64,000 bases of DNA from a virus. Shown in pieces: positions 43,798 through 54,363 of this stretch. The stretch's first letter is position 1. Each line of letters starts with the position of its first letter. The position numbers and the translations under genes were made by a program. The stretch lies in the IMG/VR virus record IMGVR_UViG_3300045135_002262, positions 14,783 to 78,782 of that record, one strand, 5' to 3'. The notes beneath the pieces were generated by a model. It worked only from the letters and a program-made list of their open reading frames with translations. It was not told where the DNA came from and ran no database searches.

Positions 43798-44046
43798 CTA
43801 TAATTTTGGCACCTTTATATTCGGCATTTTCATGTTTGGCATCTTCATTCTACCCATCACATCACCAACTTGATCATTTTGACCTTGATTAGCATCATTC
43901 TGCTTTTTCAAGTAATCAATTAAATCTTTGACTAGATAATGGAATTCATAATACTCCATTCTCTCCAGTTCTGAAGGTTGAATATGCAGGTTTTGATAGA
44001 TGTAAAACTTCGTCTTAAAGAAGTTCTCCAGCGATATCTTGAACAA
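43798..44046 (-). CDS. gp51-like baseplate hub assembly protein
   Basis: SLENFFKTKF.......PSELE.M.YYE...LV..L..YL resembles T4-like cyanophage gp51; TTG start or frameshift. Confidence 0.65.
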   Translation of the reverse strand: MFKISLENFFKTKFYIYQNLHIQPSELERMEYYEFHYLVKDLIDYLKKQNDANQGQNDQVGDVMGRMKMPNMKMPNIKVPKL

Positions 44047-44953
44047 TGAAAATTGACTTGATGCCGTCGCGAAACCCGATTGGGACGACCTCCACATCGT
44101 CCCCGATTGGCACTCTCATATCTGGTTGAATGCCGATTTTCATTTGTTCTGCTAACTTATAAATCAAGCTGAATTTCTTATTAGACCATCCATTCATTTC
44201 CATTTCAAACTTAAAAATATCCTTATCTGTAAATCCTCTCCATTCTGAAACCATGTAAGGCATCACTTGAAGTACCGACTGATCAATCTTTTCCTTCTTC
44301 TCTTGGCGATCTTGGATATATGCAGTCATTTTCTGCATTACACCAATTGAAGGAGGTCTCATTTCGATTGTACCAAATGATTTAGTTTCAATCATAAATG
44401 ATTTACGCTCAGCATCATAATACTTATCAAGCGTTTCAGGAATCTTAAAGTAATCAAAGTATTCTTTATCGATATCTACTTGGTGTTTGTTACCTTTCTT
44501 ATCAACGTGGTCAACTGTTAATTTAGATTCTGGTTCTGGGAACGTTAGATCTCTAATTGAAAGAATTACAAAGAATCTATCTTCTTCACAAAGATCTTTA
44601 TATGATAATCTTTTCTTAGCACTTGTTACACGAGTACACTCTTCTAGAATATAGTTTAATTTCTGATCTACATCAAATACATTAGTTTCATCAATAGACG
44701 AAAAGTGTCTAATCTCTGAAACCTTTGCTGATCTAATAGAAATTTGAATATCTTCTGGGTAGAACATACCTGCAGAAGGTAAATGTGTAACGTTAATGTT
44801 GTGGTAGCCCAATGCTAAATCAGCATCTTGTGCTTCAGTTCTATTGAACCTATCCATATTAACTTTACCTAAATTGGTAGGCTCTTCTTGCGCTGATTCT
44901 TGATTTTCAACAATATTCTTATATTGTTCTTCAAGGTTATTTTCTTCGCTCAT
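44015..44953 (-). CDS. gp26-like baseplate hub / tail assembly protein
   Basis: LPSAG.FY, DL...DRFF.ILSIR, I.MRPP; position between tube and tape measure. Confidence 0.7.
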   Translation of the reverse strand: MSEENNLEEQYKNIVENQESAQEEPTNLGKVNMDRFNRTEAQDADLALGYHNINVTHLPSAGMFYPEDIQISIRSAKVSEIRHFSSIDETNVFDVDQKLNYILEECTRVTSAKKRLSYKDLCEEDRFFVILSIRDLTFPEPESKLTVDHVDKKGNKHQVDIDKEYFDYFKIPETLDKYYDAERKSFMIETKSFGTIEMRPPSIGVMQKMTAYIQDRQEKKEKIDQSVLQVMPYMVSEWRGFTDKDIFKFEMEMNGWSNKKFSLIYKLAEQMKIGIQPDMRVPIGDDVEVVPIGFRDGIKSIFIVQDIAGELL

Positions 44954-44956
44954 TTA

Positions 44957-45172
44957 TTATTTGTCTTTAAGTTTCTTAATATTATCTTTCTTCCACTCTT
45001 TGATCGAATCACTTCTTAGTTCGATCTCTTTTCTTATAACGTTTCTAATGAATGCTGATACAGACACAGGTCTTTCACCGCCTTCGATAGCGTCGTTTAA
45101 GATGATTCTATTGATTGAAGTAACTTCGTCTTCAGATAATAGAACCTGTAATTTTTTAGTTAATTTATCCAT
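44957..45172 (-). CDS. ribbon-helix-helix-like protein
   Basis: KLQVLLSEDE...SVSAFIRNVIRKEI; class II promoter at 45183-45212. Confidence 0.55.
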   Translation of the reverse strand: MDKLTKKLQVLLSEDEVTSINRIILNDAIEGGERPVSVSAFIRNVIRKEIELRSDSIKEWKKDNIKKLKDK

Positions 45173-45214
45173 TATTATTAATATTATATCAACATATTAT
45201 GTTTTTGTTTCATA

Positions 45215-45252
45215 AAAAAGGGAAGATCGGACTCTGCCAATCCTCCCTCTTT
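45215..45252 (-). terminator. intrinsic terminator after tail tube
   Basis: AGGGAGGATTGG...CCGATCTTCCCT followed by T-run on minus strand. Confidence 0.7.
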
Positions 45253-45258
45253 ATTAAA

Positions 45259-45813
45259 TTATGCTAAAACTTCTTTCCAAGTATCACATCTCCACGTTAC
45301 TTCTAAAGCTTGAGCTTCAGTAGTTTCGTAAGATAATTCATTTGTGAATGGAAGACCTGAAGTAATGAAACAATCTTCTAGTGTTACTGTTCTGTAAATA
45401 TCACCAGCTCTGTTAAACTGTACGATAACAATTGTACCTACGTAATCCTTTTTAAGACCCATCGCACCTGTTTGTGGATCGTACTGGTTGTTATACCACT
45501 GTCTTAAAGTTTTGTATAAGTATGCTTGATTTGCATCGTTTAAGTTTAATGAGAAGTTGATATTAACATCAACTGTAGTTGAATCTGGCATACCTGCATA
45601 AGATCTTGTTGAGAACTTATATTTCTGTTCAACTGCAGCCACTTCTTTGTATAAATCTAAACCACCGATCGAGTTAACGTGTTGTAGCATTAATGGAGCG
45701 TCCGCAACACCTGCTGGAGGTAAAACAGTTACCTCAAATAAGTTTGCCTGAACTGGCTCGAATTGTCTACCTTGTCTCGAAGTTTGGTCTTGTGAATAAT
45801 GTGGTAAAGCCAT
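45259..45813 (-). CDS. tail tube protein (gp19-like)
   Basis: NLFEV..P, W.....DP.TG..G.K.DY...I...Q..R.G, L.Y, VTWRCD. Confidence 0.85.
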   Translation of the reverse strand: MALPHYSQDQTSRQGRQFEPVQANLFEVTVLPPAGVADAPLMLQHVNSIGGLDLYKEVAAVEQKYKFSTRSYAGMPDSTTVDVNINFSLNLNDANQAYLYKTLRQWYNNQYDPQTGAMGLKKDYVGTIVIVQFNRAGDIYRTVTLEDCFITSGLPFTNELSYETTEAQALEVTWRCDTWKEVLA

Positions 45814-45849
45814 GTTAAATTATTTATATTTTTTTATATATTCTACTTA

Positions 45850-48696
45850 TTAGTTAAAGTTTCCTGATTGAATTTCACCAGTGTTTAGAATTGTAGTTCT
45901 GTGAACAACGATTTCTAAACCTTTAACTGGCTCTACGTATGTATCAATAATACCAAAGTTGTTATCAATCACGTCATCCGTGTTGTTAGTTTGATCCATG
46001 ATATTCTTGAAGTCATATACACCACCATCAGCTTTAACTGATTCCATGAATGAATCTGCTAAAGTTTTAATCTCTAATCTTGTTTGTGTATTGTTAAATT
46101 CAAATACGTAGTCCTTTAAGATATCTGCGATACCCTCTTGGATGTAAATTAAACCTTCTCTAACGTGTGCAGAAGATAAAGCTGATTTAACTGACTGCTG
46201 TGCAGTTTTGTTACCTAAGATAGTTAAACCTACACCTCTTTGGAAAACGATTGGGTTAATACCAAATGGCTCTAAGATATCTCTATCTGCTTTATCGAAT
46301 GCGTATTCAACACCTTTTACATTTGTGCCTGAAACAACACCTCTTCTTGGACCTGCAACGATTGACCATGGTAACGCGCTTGAGTACTTATCAATATAGT
46401 TATTTGATACGTAAGCTGCTGCTGGAACCACGATATCTTTACCGTTATCAGATACTAATAAACCAGGACCGTAGTAGAATGCGTAGTTAGCACCTTCGTT
46501 GATCGATGGTAATGTGTATAATGCTGTTGGGTTTTTATCTAAGTTACCGCCGTCTGCAATGTATTGTGTTTTAAATGTACCGTTAGCATCTGTGAAAGAT
46601 GGGTTAGCTGAAGCTTTAAAGTCTGCAACTGTTGGTGCATTTAAGATTGCTGAAGCATTTTGTCTGTCCTTAGCTAAGTTAGATAATTGTCTCTTGTTTA
46701 AGATGCCTGTTGAATCGTGAGATGCAAATGTATCTACAATGTATCTGAACTCGATCATATCTTTATCAACTAAAGCGTCGTATAAGCCTGAACCGCCGTT
46801 AAGAACTGATAATGCACCTGAAATTTCTTTATCAGCTAATTGAGCGCCTGATAATACAAACGTTTTATAAACTGATGAAGCGTTTTCAAATGACTTAACA
46901 TATTCGCCACCCCATGCTGCAGGAACATTTACGTCACAGTATACTGTGTAAACATCACCTGATTTAGCAATTCTCTTAACTTTTGCTAATCTACCAGTTT
47001 CTTCAGCTTGTACATAATCACCAGCTGATAATGAGATAGATGCAGGAGCTAAACCAGCGCCGTAAGTTAAAGTGAATAAAGAACCTGCTGCTGCGTAAGT
47101 TGCGCCAGCAAATGCTTCTTCAATTACTCTACCTTGAGAAACTGCGTATTTTTCAACGTCAACTGCTGCATTAGTAGTATCAATACCATCGTAAGATGCT
47201 GCGATATTACCTTCAGCTACAATTGTTGTTTCGTTTGCAGCACCGTCAAAAGAAACTGATAAGATTTTAACATATTCACCTGCTATTGCAGCTTCTAAGT
47301 ATTCGCCAGCAACAAATGATGAAATTGCAGTTGCGTCGTAATTTGATAATGTTAATGTATCAGTTGAAACAGATGTAGTTACACCAGGAACTGCAGGAGT
47401 ACCTAAACCATCATAAATTTCAAAAGTACCTGCGCCTGTTACAGCATATTGTGCATCTAGTGAAGAAGCGGCTGCAGTCTGTAGTACAGTTTTAAGAGGC
47501 TGGCTAACGTTGTAGTTTACGCCAGTAATAACCGTGTATGAGCCGTCTGCTAATTTTAAGTAGTCTGAACCAGCTGTAAAATCTGCAGAAACATCACCGT
47601 CAATTGAAACTGCGTTATTTGTAAGACCGCCATTACTTGTAATAGAAGAATCTGTAACGTTATATGTTGTTGCAGTTGGATCTACGAATGGAGAACCTGC
47701 TGGTAATGTAACTTCAGTTGTTGCAACTGATTGCTTAACTACGTGAGATAATAATTCGTAATCTTGATCAGCATCGTAAGTATGACCTACTAAATCTAAG
47801 TTACCTTCTAATACTGAATCTTCGTTAACTGCACAGAATAAACCTGTTCTTCTTGATTCATTGTTAATTGCAGACTCAATGTATAAGTTTCTACCTTCTA
47901 AATCTTTAAATCCTGGTAATAATGAACCAGTGTATTTAGCTTCTAAAGTAACTTGTCTTAAGTTTGCAAATTGATCTAATAATTCTTTGTTTAAACCATC
48001 TGCAGAGAAGTAAGCGCTGTATACTGGATCGTTAGCCATTTGAGCAGCGTTAAATTCGCCTTTGAATACGAATACGTCAATCATATAATCTGATACGTAA
48101 TCAAAATCATTTAAGTGTGCAGGAACGTTTCCTTCACCGTACCATTCTCTTGCTGTGATTTCAAATTCTTTAACATCTTGTGCCTGTCTAACAATAACAG
48201 TAATACCTGATTGTTTGATGTTTACAAAATGTAATAAGTGGTTGTCATCAACTGAAACTGAGCCTAAAACAGCAGCATCAGAAGGAGTCATAAACTTATC
48301 TGTATCGAAGAATTCAGCGTAAGGCTTTTGAGCATCTGCAACAGCTGAAATAGAATCAACTGCACCGTTAGATACTAAAGAAGCATAAGATGCTTTATCA
48401 GCTTCTGTAAATGAGTTTAAGTTTAATGCTAAGATTGGACCTCTTGAAAGAGCTTCGAAAGCAGATCTGTGGAAGAACATACCTTTCTTCTCTAATGATC
48501 TGTCAATTGAACCAAATACATTAATAAACTCATCTGCATTGCTAATTAATACAGGTGTGTTATATGGACCTCTTTTTGAGTGACCCACTACAAGTCTTAG
48601 TGTTTCAACGTTTAAGCTTGTCGTAACCGACTTATCAAACTCTAAACGGTAAACACCACTTGATTTAAATTGCAATAATTGTGGAGATAATGCCAT
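45850..48696 (-). CDS. contractile tail sheath protein (gp18-like)
   Basis: SSGVYRLEFDKS, GP.N.PVLI, PWS.VAG.RRG, INPI, GNKT, VFEFN...TR. Confidence 0.92.
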   Translation of the reverse strand: MALSPQLLQFKSSGVYRLEFDKSVTTSLNVETLRLVVGHSKRGPYNTPVLISNADEFINVFGSIDRSLEKKGMFFHRSAFEALSRGPILALNLNSFTEADKASYASLVSNGAVDSISAVADAQKPYAEFFDTDKFMTPSDAAVLGSVSVDDNHLLHFVNIKQSGITVIVRQAQDVKEFEITAREWYGEGNVPAHLNDFDYVSDYMIDVFVFKGEFNAAQMANDPVYSAYFSADGLNKELLDQFANLRQVTLEAKYTGSLLPGFKDLEGRNLYIESAINNESRRTGLFCAVNEDSVLEGNLDLVGHTYDADQDYELLSHVVKQSVATTEVTLPAGSPFVDPTATTYNVTDSSITSNGGLTNNAVSIDGDVSADFTAGSDYLKLADGSYTVITGVNYNVSQPLKTVLQTAAASSLDAQYAVTGAGTFEIYDGLGTPAVPGVTTSVSTDTLTLSNYDATAISSFVAGEYLEAAIAGEYVKILSVSFDGAANETTIVAEGNIAASYDGIDTTNAAVDVEKYAVSQGRVIEEAFAGATYAAAGSLFTLTYGAGLAPASISLSAGDYVQAEETGRLAKVKRIAKSGDVYTVYCDVNVPAAWGGEYVKSFENASSVYKTFVLSGAQLADKEISGALSVLNGGSGLYDALVDKDMIEFRYIVDTFASHDSTGILNKRQLSNLAKDRQNASAILNAPTVADFKASANPSFTDANGTFKTQYIADGGNLDKNPTALYTLPSINEGANYAFYYGPGLLVSDNGKDIVVPAAAYVSNNYIDKYSSALPWSIVAGPRRGVVSGTNVKGVEYAFDKADRDILEPFGINPIVFQRGVGLTILGNKTAQQSVKSALSSAHVREGLIYIQEGIADILKDYVFEFNNTQTRLEIKTLADSFMESVKADGGVYDFKNIMDQTNNTDDVIDNNFGIIDTYVEPVKGLEIVVHRTTILNTGEIQSGNFN

Positions 48697-48756
48697 AATT
48701 TCTTTAATTTTATATTTTTTGCTTTTATTATATATCTGCTATACTATCGAATAATA

Positions 48757-50583
48757 TCACAGTAAGTCATAAATATCATACTGTAAATCACCCGAAACGT
48801 CATTGTCTTGATACAGAACCTTTTCCATTAAAGTATGTTTTTCAGGTTCTATAATATCTAATAGTTCTTCAACATAATCAGCATAATCCGTTGTGCCGAA
48901 AAACTCAGTTGCCGTAATTGCTGTCATGATAATATCATCGTGGCCCATTTGTGCACCGTAAGAACCATTTCTTAATGTACCAAATAAACTTGCCTCTTGT
49001 ACTGTATCCACATCTTTAATTGATAGTTTATTCATTTCAATTAATTTCTTAAAGTTTTGACAGAATACAGATTTATTATCGGCCTTTAATCTAATACCTG
49101 GTTTTAGTGTTCTTGCATCATGTCTGTGCTTAAATCTTAAAACCATTTCATCCTCAAATTCATTTCTACCTGGGAATACAGTTCTTAAATATTGTAATAG
49201 AATCGAACCGTATGTATTGTATTCGATTACCATTTTTAAGTTCTCAGGGTAGAATACATCACATGCTAATGTGTAAAGTATTTTCGCAAAGTCTTCAATT
49301 GGATGTTCATTAGACTTAAATACGCCAACTTGTCTTAATTTAAAGAAGTCGTACATTGCCTGTGGGCTGACAAAGTTTTCAATATCTTTATCTTCCATTG
49401 GCTCAACTTCAAACATATTGATCACAGAATAGTCACCGCCATTACCTTCAGCAATATCTACTGAGAACAGATAATATCTTTGACTATTCGCAGCATCTTC
49501 AACATCCCATTCTGGATCAAAGCCTAAAAAGCCTTTAGTGTCAATATGAATATTTTCAAACTCTTCAAAATCATACCACTCAAATTTTTGTGCGTTCTTT
49601 CTTAAGTTCTTCATTGTACCTGGACTTAATAATAACGTAGATGAACTTGTAAACTCATTTCCATACTGGCGATTAAATGCCTCTTCAGATCCTAAGTTTG
49701 AAAGTTCTCTCTTAAACCAGTCATCATCTCTGTCCGGATGCTGCCACCAATCAATTCTAGTAGCGTTATATTCATTGTTGCCTTTTTCAGCCGCTGCATA
49801 AATCTCATAGAACTTATTAAAGCCGTTTGGCGTTGAAGTAATATTAATCCTTGAAACCTTAGAAGCTGAAAGCGTTGGATAAACGTTTTCATAGAATGTA
49901 TCTACGATAGTATGGTGAATGTGCGCAAACTCATCAATGTATAGGTTATGAATCGTAAAACCAATACCTGATTTTGCAGTAGTTGCCTGACCTACAAGTC
50001 TACAACCATTATCACACTTAACATTCATAACGTCATATTTAAGAATACCTGGCTTCATAAAGAATGGTAAGTTCTCAATTACAACTTTAGCCTTATCAAT
50101 AATCTCTTTTGTTGTATCTGATTTGTTGGCTAATAGTAGTGTATTTTTATCGTAGTTAAATGTCAAATACCACGCATTGAAAATAGATGCAGTTACGGTT
50201 TTACCCATCTGACGAGATGCAAGAACGATATTAAATCTTTCATTCTGGAAATCTCTTAATAAATCTTCTTGATAATCACGTAGCTTTACGTTTCTAATAC
50301 CTTCATCGGTCATTACTACGGCATATTTACTTGCAAAATATACAATATCATTTGCACATCTTGTTAGCTCTTCAATTTCTTCTTGAGTATATTCGAATAC
50401 GATATTACCCCTTCTAAGAAATTGTTTACCTTCGTAAAACGGCATAGGCACTTTAGGCCTGTAACCTTTATCCATCGCAGCAATTAATTCATTGATTGCT
50501 TTAGTCGACCAGATAAGTTTAGAAGCCTCTTCAGCGCTTTCGCCCTTTGGAATCCATCTATTATCTCCTACGTAATCGCTCAT
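48757..50583 (-). CDS. terminase large subunit (gp17-like)
   Basis: LRDYQ, SRQMGKT, IDEFAHI, TSTPNG.N.FY, VDIAEG.GGDYS, HDD. Confidence 0.95.
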   Translation of the reverse strand: MSDYVGDNRWIPKGESAEEASKLIWSTKAINELIAAMDKGYRPKVPMPFYEGKQFLRRGNIVFEYTQEEIEELTRCANDIVYFASKYAVVMTDEGIRNVKLRDYQEDLLRDFQNERFNIVLASRQMGKTVTASIFNAWYLTFNYDKNTLLLANKSDTTKEIIDKAKVVIENLPFFMKPGILKYDVMNVKCDNGCRLVGQATTAKSGIGFTIHNLYIDEFAHIHHTIVDTFYENVYPTLSASKVSRINITSTPNGFNKFYEIYAAAEKGNNEYNATRIDWWQHPDRDDDWFKRELSNLGSEEAFNRQYGNEFTSSSTLLLSPGTMKNLRKNAQKFEWYDFEEFENIHIDTKGFLGFDPEWDVEDAANSQRYYLFSVDIAEGNGGDYSVINMFEVEPMEDKDIENFVSPQAMYDFFKLRQVGVFKSNEHPIEDFAKILYTLACDVFYPENLKMVIEYNTYGSILLQYLRTVFPGRNEFEDEMVLRFKHRHDARTLKPGIRLKADNKSVFCQNFKKLIEMNKLSIKDVDTVQEASLFGTLRNGSYGAQMGHDDIIMTAITATEFFGTTDYADYVEELLDIIEPEKHTLMEKVLYQDNDVSGDLQYDIYDLL

Positions 50584-51218
50584 TATTCTTCTGTAATTTC
50601 AACGTCCTCAATATCAGTTTCACCATCAATACCTTGACGGATCATACGCATTAAGTCTTTTGTACCCCTTTGAGTTGTGTCTCCTGCAGAACCACCAGCC
50701 TCTTCGATTTCACGAACATCATCACGCTTGCGATATAATTCAATATCTCTTGCAATTCTTTTTGCACCTTCTTCAGCTGCCATTAAATACATTGTTTGAG
50801 ATTTAATAATATCTAACATTGATTTTTGTAAGGTTGCAAGTACTTCAAACATTCTAGGTGCTAGTTCACCATCTTCAATTGTTTGTAATAAAGTTGTTAA
50901 GGCTCTTTCGCCTGCTTGTAATTGATAAATTAATGAAGACATTGTCATTTCATCAATCTTCTTTTTAGCCTGGATATATTCGTCCTTCTCAATAATATCA
51001 GCATCTAAATAAAAACGCATTAATGAAGTAATCGTTTTCTGTGCCTTTTTACTTGCACCACCCTTTAGTTCTGTAAAACTTGGAAGATTTGATTCTTGTT
51101 TGGCTGGAAGTTGTGGATCTGTTTCAATTGTTTCTTCAATTGTACTATTATCACCAATTAATTCATCCAGCTCTTTTCTAATATCTTCAGCCTGAGACTT
51201 GATATTTTTATCTGACAT
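50583..51218 (-). CDS. terminase small subunit (gp16-like)
   Basis: PRMFEVLATL resembles T4 gp16 motif; directly upstream of TerL. Confidence 0.7.
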   Translation of the reverse strand: MSDKNIKSQAEDIRKELDELIGDNSTIEETIETDPQLPAKQESNLPSFTELKGGASKKAQKTITSLMRFYLDADIIEKDEYIQAKKKIDEMTMSSLIYQLQAGERALTTLLQTIEDGELAPRMFEVLATLQKSMLDIIKSQTMYLMAAEEGAKRIARDIELYRKRDDVREIEEAGGSAGDTTQRGTKDLMRMIRQGIDGETDIEDVEITEE

Positions 51219-51255
51219 AATATAATATTATTTTAATATAAGTTATATATCAAAA

Positions 51256-53205
51256 TTATCTGGCGTTCTTAAACCTTTGGTAACCTAAACTTGGAATTGC
51301 ATTATCAATAAGCTGAGACAGTTGATTATCTCTAACAACATATTGATTTAAGACGTTGTGATGTTGCTCGTATTCTACTACTTTTTCAAATACTCTAATA
51401 TTTGTCATGTAAATTGAACCGCCTCTTAGTGCATAATTAGAATTTGCAGTCCATACTAGTGGTTGACCAATATCTTTAGTTTCTGAAAACTCTTCAATTA
51501 AGTTGTTTGAAGAATCTTGTGGTCTATTCGGATATGTTGTACCTCTATTATTTGCTTGATCTAATCTGTAAATAGAAGTGCCGATTTGTAAGAATTTATT
51601 ATTAATATTCAGAATTAAACCATACCATTCGCCATTTTGTAATGCCATACCATGTGTAAAGATATAATCCACACCGTTAACAACTACCTTTAATTCTGAA
51701 TTACTTAAAAAGACTTTAAAGCCTGTTAGTGCAGCCATATCACCAAATAGCATATATTCACCAGTATCTGCTGCAGTAAACTGCGGGTTAAACCATAAAG
51801 AAACTGCTAAATTGTTTTCTGAAGCTAATTTAGAAGGCACTGCATATTCAACTGCAATATTATTCTTTTTAATGTCTGTTAATTCGTAATAGTTTTTAGA
51901 AACTACAGTCCATCTGTTCTTTAGATCATAGTCCATAATAGTTAAAGATCTATCAACAAACGTTCTAATACCATCTCTATATGAAGTTGAAACTGTTTGG
52001 AATTGTTGAGGATTTGTGTCCTTTTCCATTTCCTCAGCCTGCTTTTCACCGAATACTTCTTCAACTCCAGTAATTAATGAATCTGTAGCATCTTCAAAGT
52101 TATTTTTAATTACAGCAGAACGATCTTGATACTTAACTAATTTAACTCTGTAGTATGAATGTGTATGATTAAATTCATCAGATAAACCAATCGAGCTGAT
52201 CTCATACATTCTATTAATTAATGGAATGTACATGTAATCTAAGTTACGTGGCTTTTTACCCTGACCAAATACTTTTTCGAATTCAGCTGCAGTAATATGT
52301 ACTTCAAACTCTGCAAATTCCATACCGAAAATATCGTATGTTGGATTCTCTTCTGGGAATTCGTTATCTGGCACTAAAATCTTTAAGTCTTTCTTATCAA
52401 CTACATTGAATAAAGAATACTCTTTTAAGATTACATCTTCAGTTCTTTTATCTGGCTCTGTTCTAAAATATTGAACAGTGTGGCCAAAGATATCATTAGT
52501 AATATTAACTAATTGTTTGTAAACTGTTTCGCTCTTAGTTAAGTTATATGGTTGGAATAAGTTTTCATCACATGAAACTTCAATATTAGCACAGCCATCA
52601 AATGCAAATGGATCCGTACATTCTACGCAAAATTGTGGACAAGATTCAATTTGACCAGCTTGAGTTTCGTATGTAAAATTCCAGCTAATAAACGAAATAG
52701 AATTACCAGCAGAAAGTGCAGCCACTTCAGCTTTAACGTCTAAGTATAATGGTTTTGTAGGATCAAACGTCAATGATAATAAATCACCAAACGCTTGAGT
52801 ATTGTTTAATTCTCTAAATTCAGAAAATTGTTGACCCGTATCAGACCATCTATATTCGTATGTAAAATAGTTATTTTCGTTAACTGCTAAATAAAATTCC
52901 AACTCGGTTGTTGTAAAATCAGGAGCAACTGTTAATTCTAATTGTAAAGGGCTTGTGATTGTATCAATCTCAAACTCGGTGTTACCTAAGATAATCTTTT
53001 CGCCTGCTTGTAAAAGTGTAAAGTCAGTTGCATTACCTGTAATTGTTGTTGAACCTGCCTGTACATTTACAGAACCAGGAGTCCTAGGACCTTGTACACC
53101 TGCTACAATTTCCCATGATAAAATCTTAACAACTTCTGTGTAAGGATCTTTAAGTGATGCAATTAAGTAATCACCATATTCATTTGCAGTATAACCTATT
53201 ACCAT
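51256..53205 (-). CDS. neck protein (gp14-like) with C-terminal LamG-like domain
   Basis: IFGH.V.YF...D.ILKEY, FG.E, P...D..YIPL..RMYEI; C-terminal VSLWFNP...GEWY. Confidence 0.6.
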   Translation of the reverse strand: MVIGYTANEYGDYLIASLKDPYTEVVKILSWEIVAGVQGPRTPGSVNVQAGSTTITGNATDFTLLQAGEKIILGNTEFEIDTITSPLQLELTVAPDFTTTELEFYLAVNENNYFTYEYRWSDTGQQFSEFRELNNTQAFGDLLSLTFDPTKPLYLDVKAEVAALSAGNSISFISWNFTYETQAGQIESCPQFCVECTDPFAFDGCANIEVSCDENLFQPYNLTKSETVYKQLVNITNDIFGHTVQYFRTEPDKRTEDVILKEYSLFNVVDKKDLKILVPDNEFPEENPTYDIFGMEFAEFEVHITAAEFEKVFGQGKKPRNLDYMYIPLINRMYEISSIGLSDEFNHTHSYYRVKLVKYQDRSAVIKNNFEDATDSLITGVEEVFGEKQAEEMEKDTNPQQFQTVSTSYRDGIRTFVDRSLTIMDYDLKNRWTVVSKNYYELTDIKKNNIAVEYAVPSKLASENNLAVSLWFNPQFTAADTGEYMLFGDMAALTGFKVFLSNSELKVVVNGVDYIFTHGMALQNGEWYGLILNINNKFLQIGTSIYRLDQANNRGTTYPNRPQDSSNNLIEEFSETKDIGQPLVWTANSNYALRGGSIYMTNIRVFEKVVEYEQHHNVLNQYVVRDNQLSQLIDNAIPSLGYQRFKNAR

Positions 53206-53681
53206 GCTTTATTCTCGTTATTTTGATCATCTTCCCATTCAGACCCTGTATATATTTGCTCTTCTTGAATAGGGTATTCTGTTTTCTTTTTAATTACATG
53301 GTCTTCTGGTTTATATCTTTCACCAGCAATCCAAGCACCAACAAAACCTGTTAATGAAATAAAGTATGTAGCTAAACTTTCTAAATTAGATTTAGTAAAG
53401 ATAGCTGCAATACCCCCAATAGCCCAAAGTACAACAATAACATAAATCATTAGCTCTCTTCTAGAATGCACGCCTGGTTTTAAAATACCAGTCTTCTCAC
53501 TAGGTCTTCTTGTTTCAGACCAAATATATGTTGCTGCATAAGCCGTAAGAGAACCAAAGTAAATTGATAAATCAATAAGATCTGCACTTTTATATAAAGT
53601 TAATCCACCCATTATAACCCATAGAATGATTATAATATAGACAAGTGCTTCTCTCTTACCTAAATTGTTAAAAAATTTCAT
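53199..53681 (-). CDS. 4-TM membrane protein with internal duplication (holin candidate)
   Basis: Two homologous RE..Y....LW..GG...L..YF.SLT...A.....E...P units. Confidence 0.6.
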   Translation of the reverse strand: MKFFNNLGKREALVYIIIILWVIMGGLTLYKSADLIDLSIYFGSLTAYAATYIWSETRRPSEKTGILKPGVHSRRELMIYVIVVLWAIGGIAAIFTKSNLESLATYFISLTGFVGAWIAGERYKPEDHVIKKKTEYPIQEEQIYTGSEWEDDQNNENKAW

Positions 53682-53722
53682 TAACGTAGATCTATTTTAT
53701 CTATATATTCGATAAAATAAGA

Positions 53723-54361
53723 TCAATAGTCCGTTACTAATAAAACAAGTGGGTTATCGTTATGAATCTTTGGATCGATAATATCTATTAGTCCGGCTAA
53801 TAAATCTCCGGCCTTATCATCTTCAACTGAGTTTGCTAATTTATCAACGTTAACTGTTAATTCTGAAAGCCTGGCTTGTATATATGGCTTATTAGATTCA
53901 AATATACCGTTAACAGTTAAAACCTCATTTAAGATCTTTAGTTCGCTCTCTGTAAAGTATTCGTGCATTCTAAGTGTAATCGTCAATACTTTATAATCAA
54001 AGCGTAAAAGTGTTTCTTCTTCAGTATCCACCATTCTGCTATATGTCTTATCTAAGTCTAAAGAGAACTTAATGTATTCAACTTTAGGCATTTCATCTAA
54101 GATTTTATATAGAAAATATGAAGAGTTAACTGTTCTGTGTAAAAATTCTGCGCCAGTTGCTGCAATTCTATGTAGATCTCTTTTGTAAAAGACTTCCAAG
54201 ATCTCGGCAACTTCATCAGCGTGTACGATTATAGAGTCTGGATTATCTTGAACTTCAATCCAATCTGTATAATTTTTTAATTGTGTCCATATTTTATTAT
54301 CAACATAATTATACTTATATAGCTTAACATCAATTGATGTTGGTAATCCGTTAAATTCCAT
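53723..54361 (-). CDS. hypothetical protein
   Basis: Long ORF in replication operon. Confidence 0.7.
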   Translation of the reverse strand: MEFNGLPTSIDVKLYKYNYVDNKIWTQLKNYTDWIEVQDNPDSIIVHADEVAEILEVFYKRDLHRIAATGAEFLHRTVNSSYFLYKILDEMPKVEYIKFSLDLDKTYSRMVDTEEETLLRFDYKVLTITLRMHEYFTESELKILNEVLTVNGIFESNKPYIQARLSELTVNVDKLANSVEDDKAGDLLAGLIDIIDPKIHNDNPLVLLVTDY

Positions 54362-54363
54362 AA

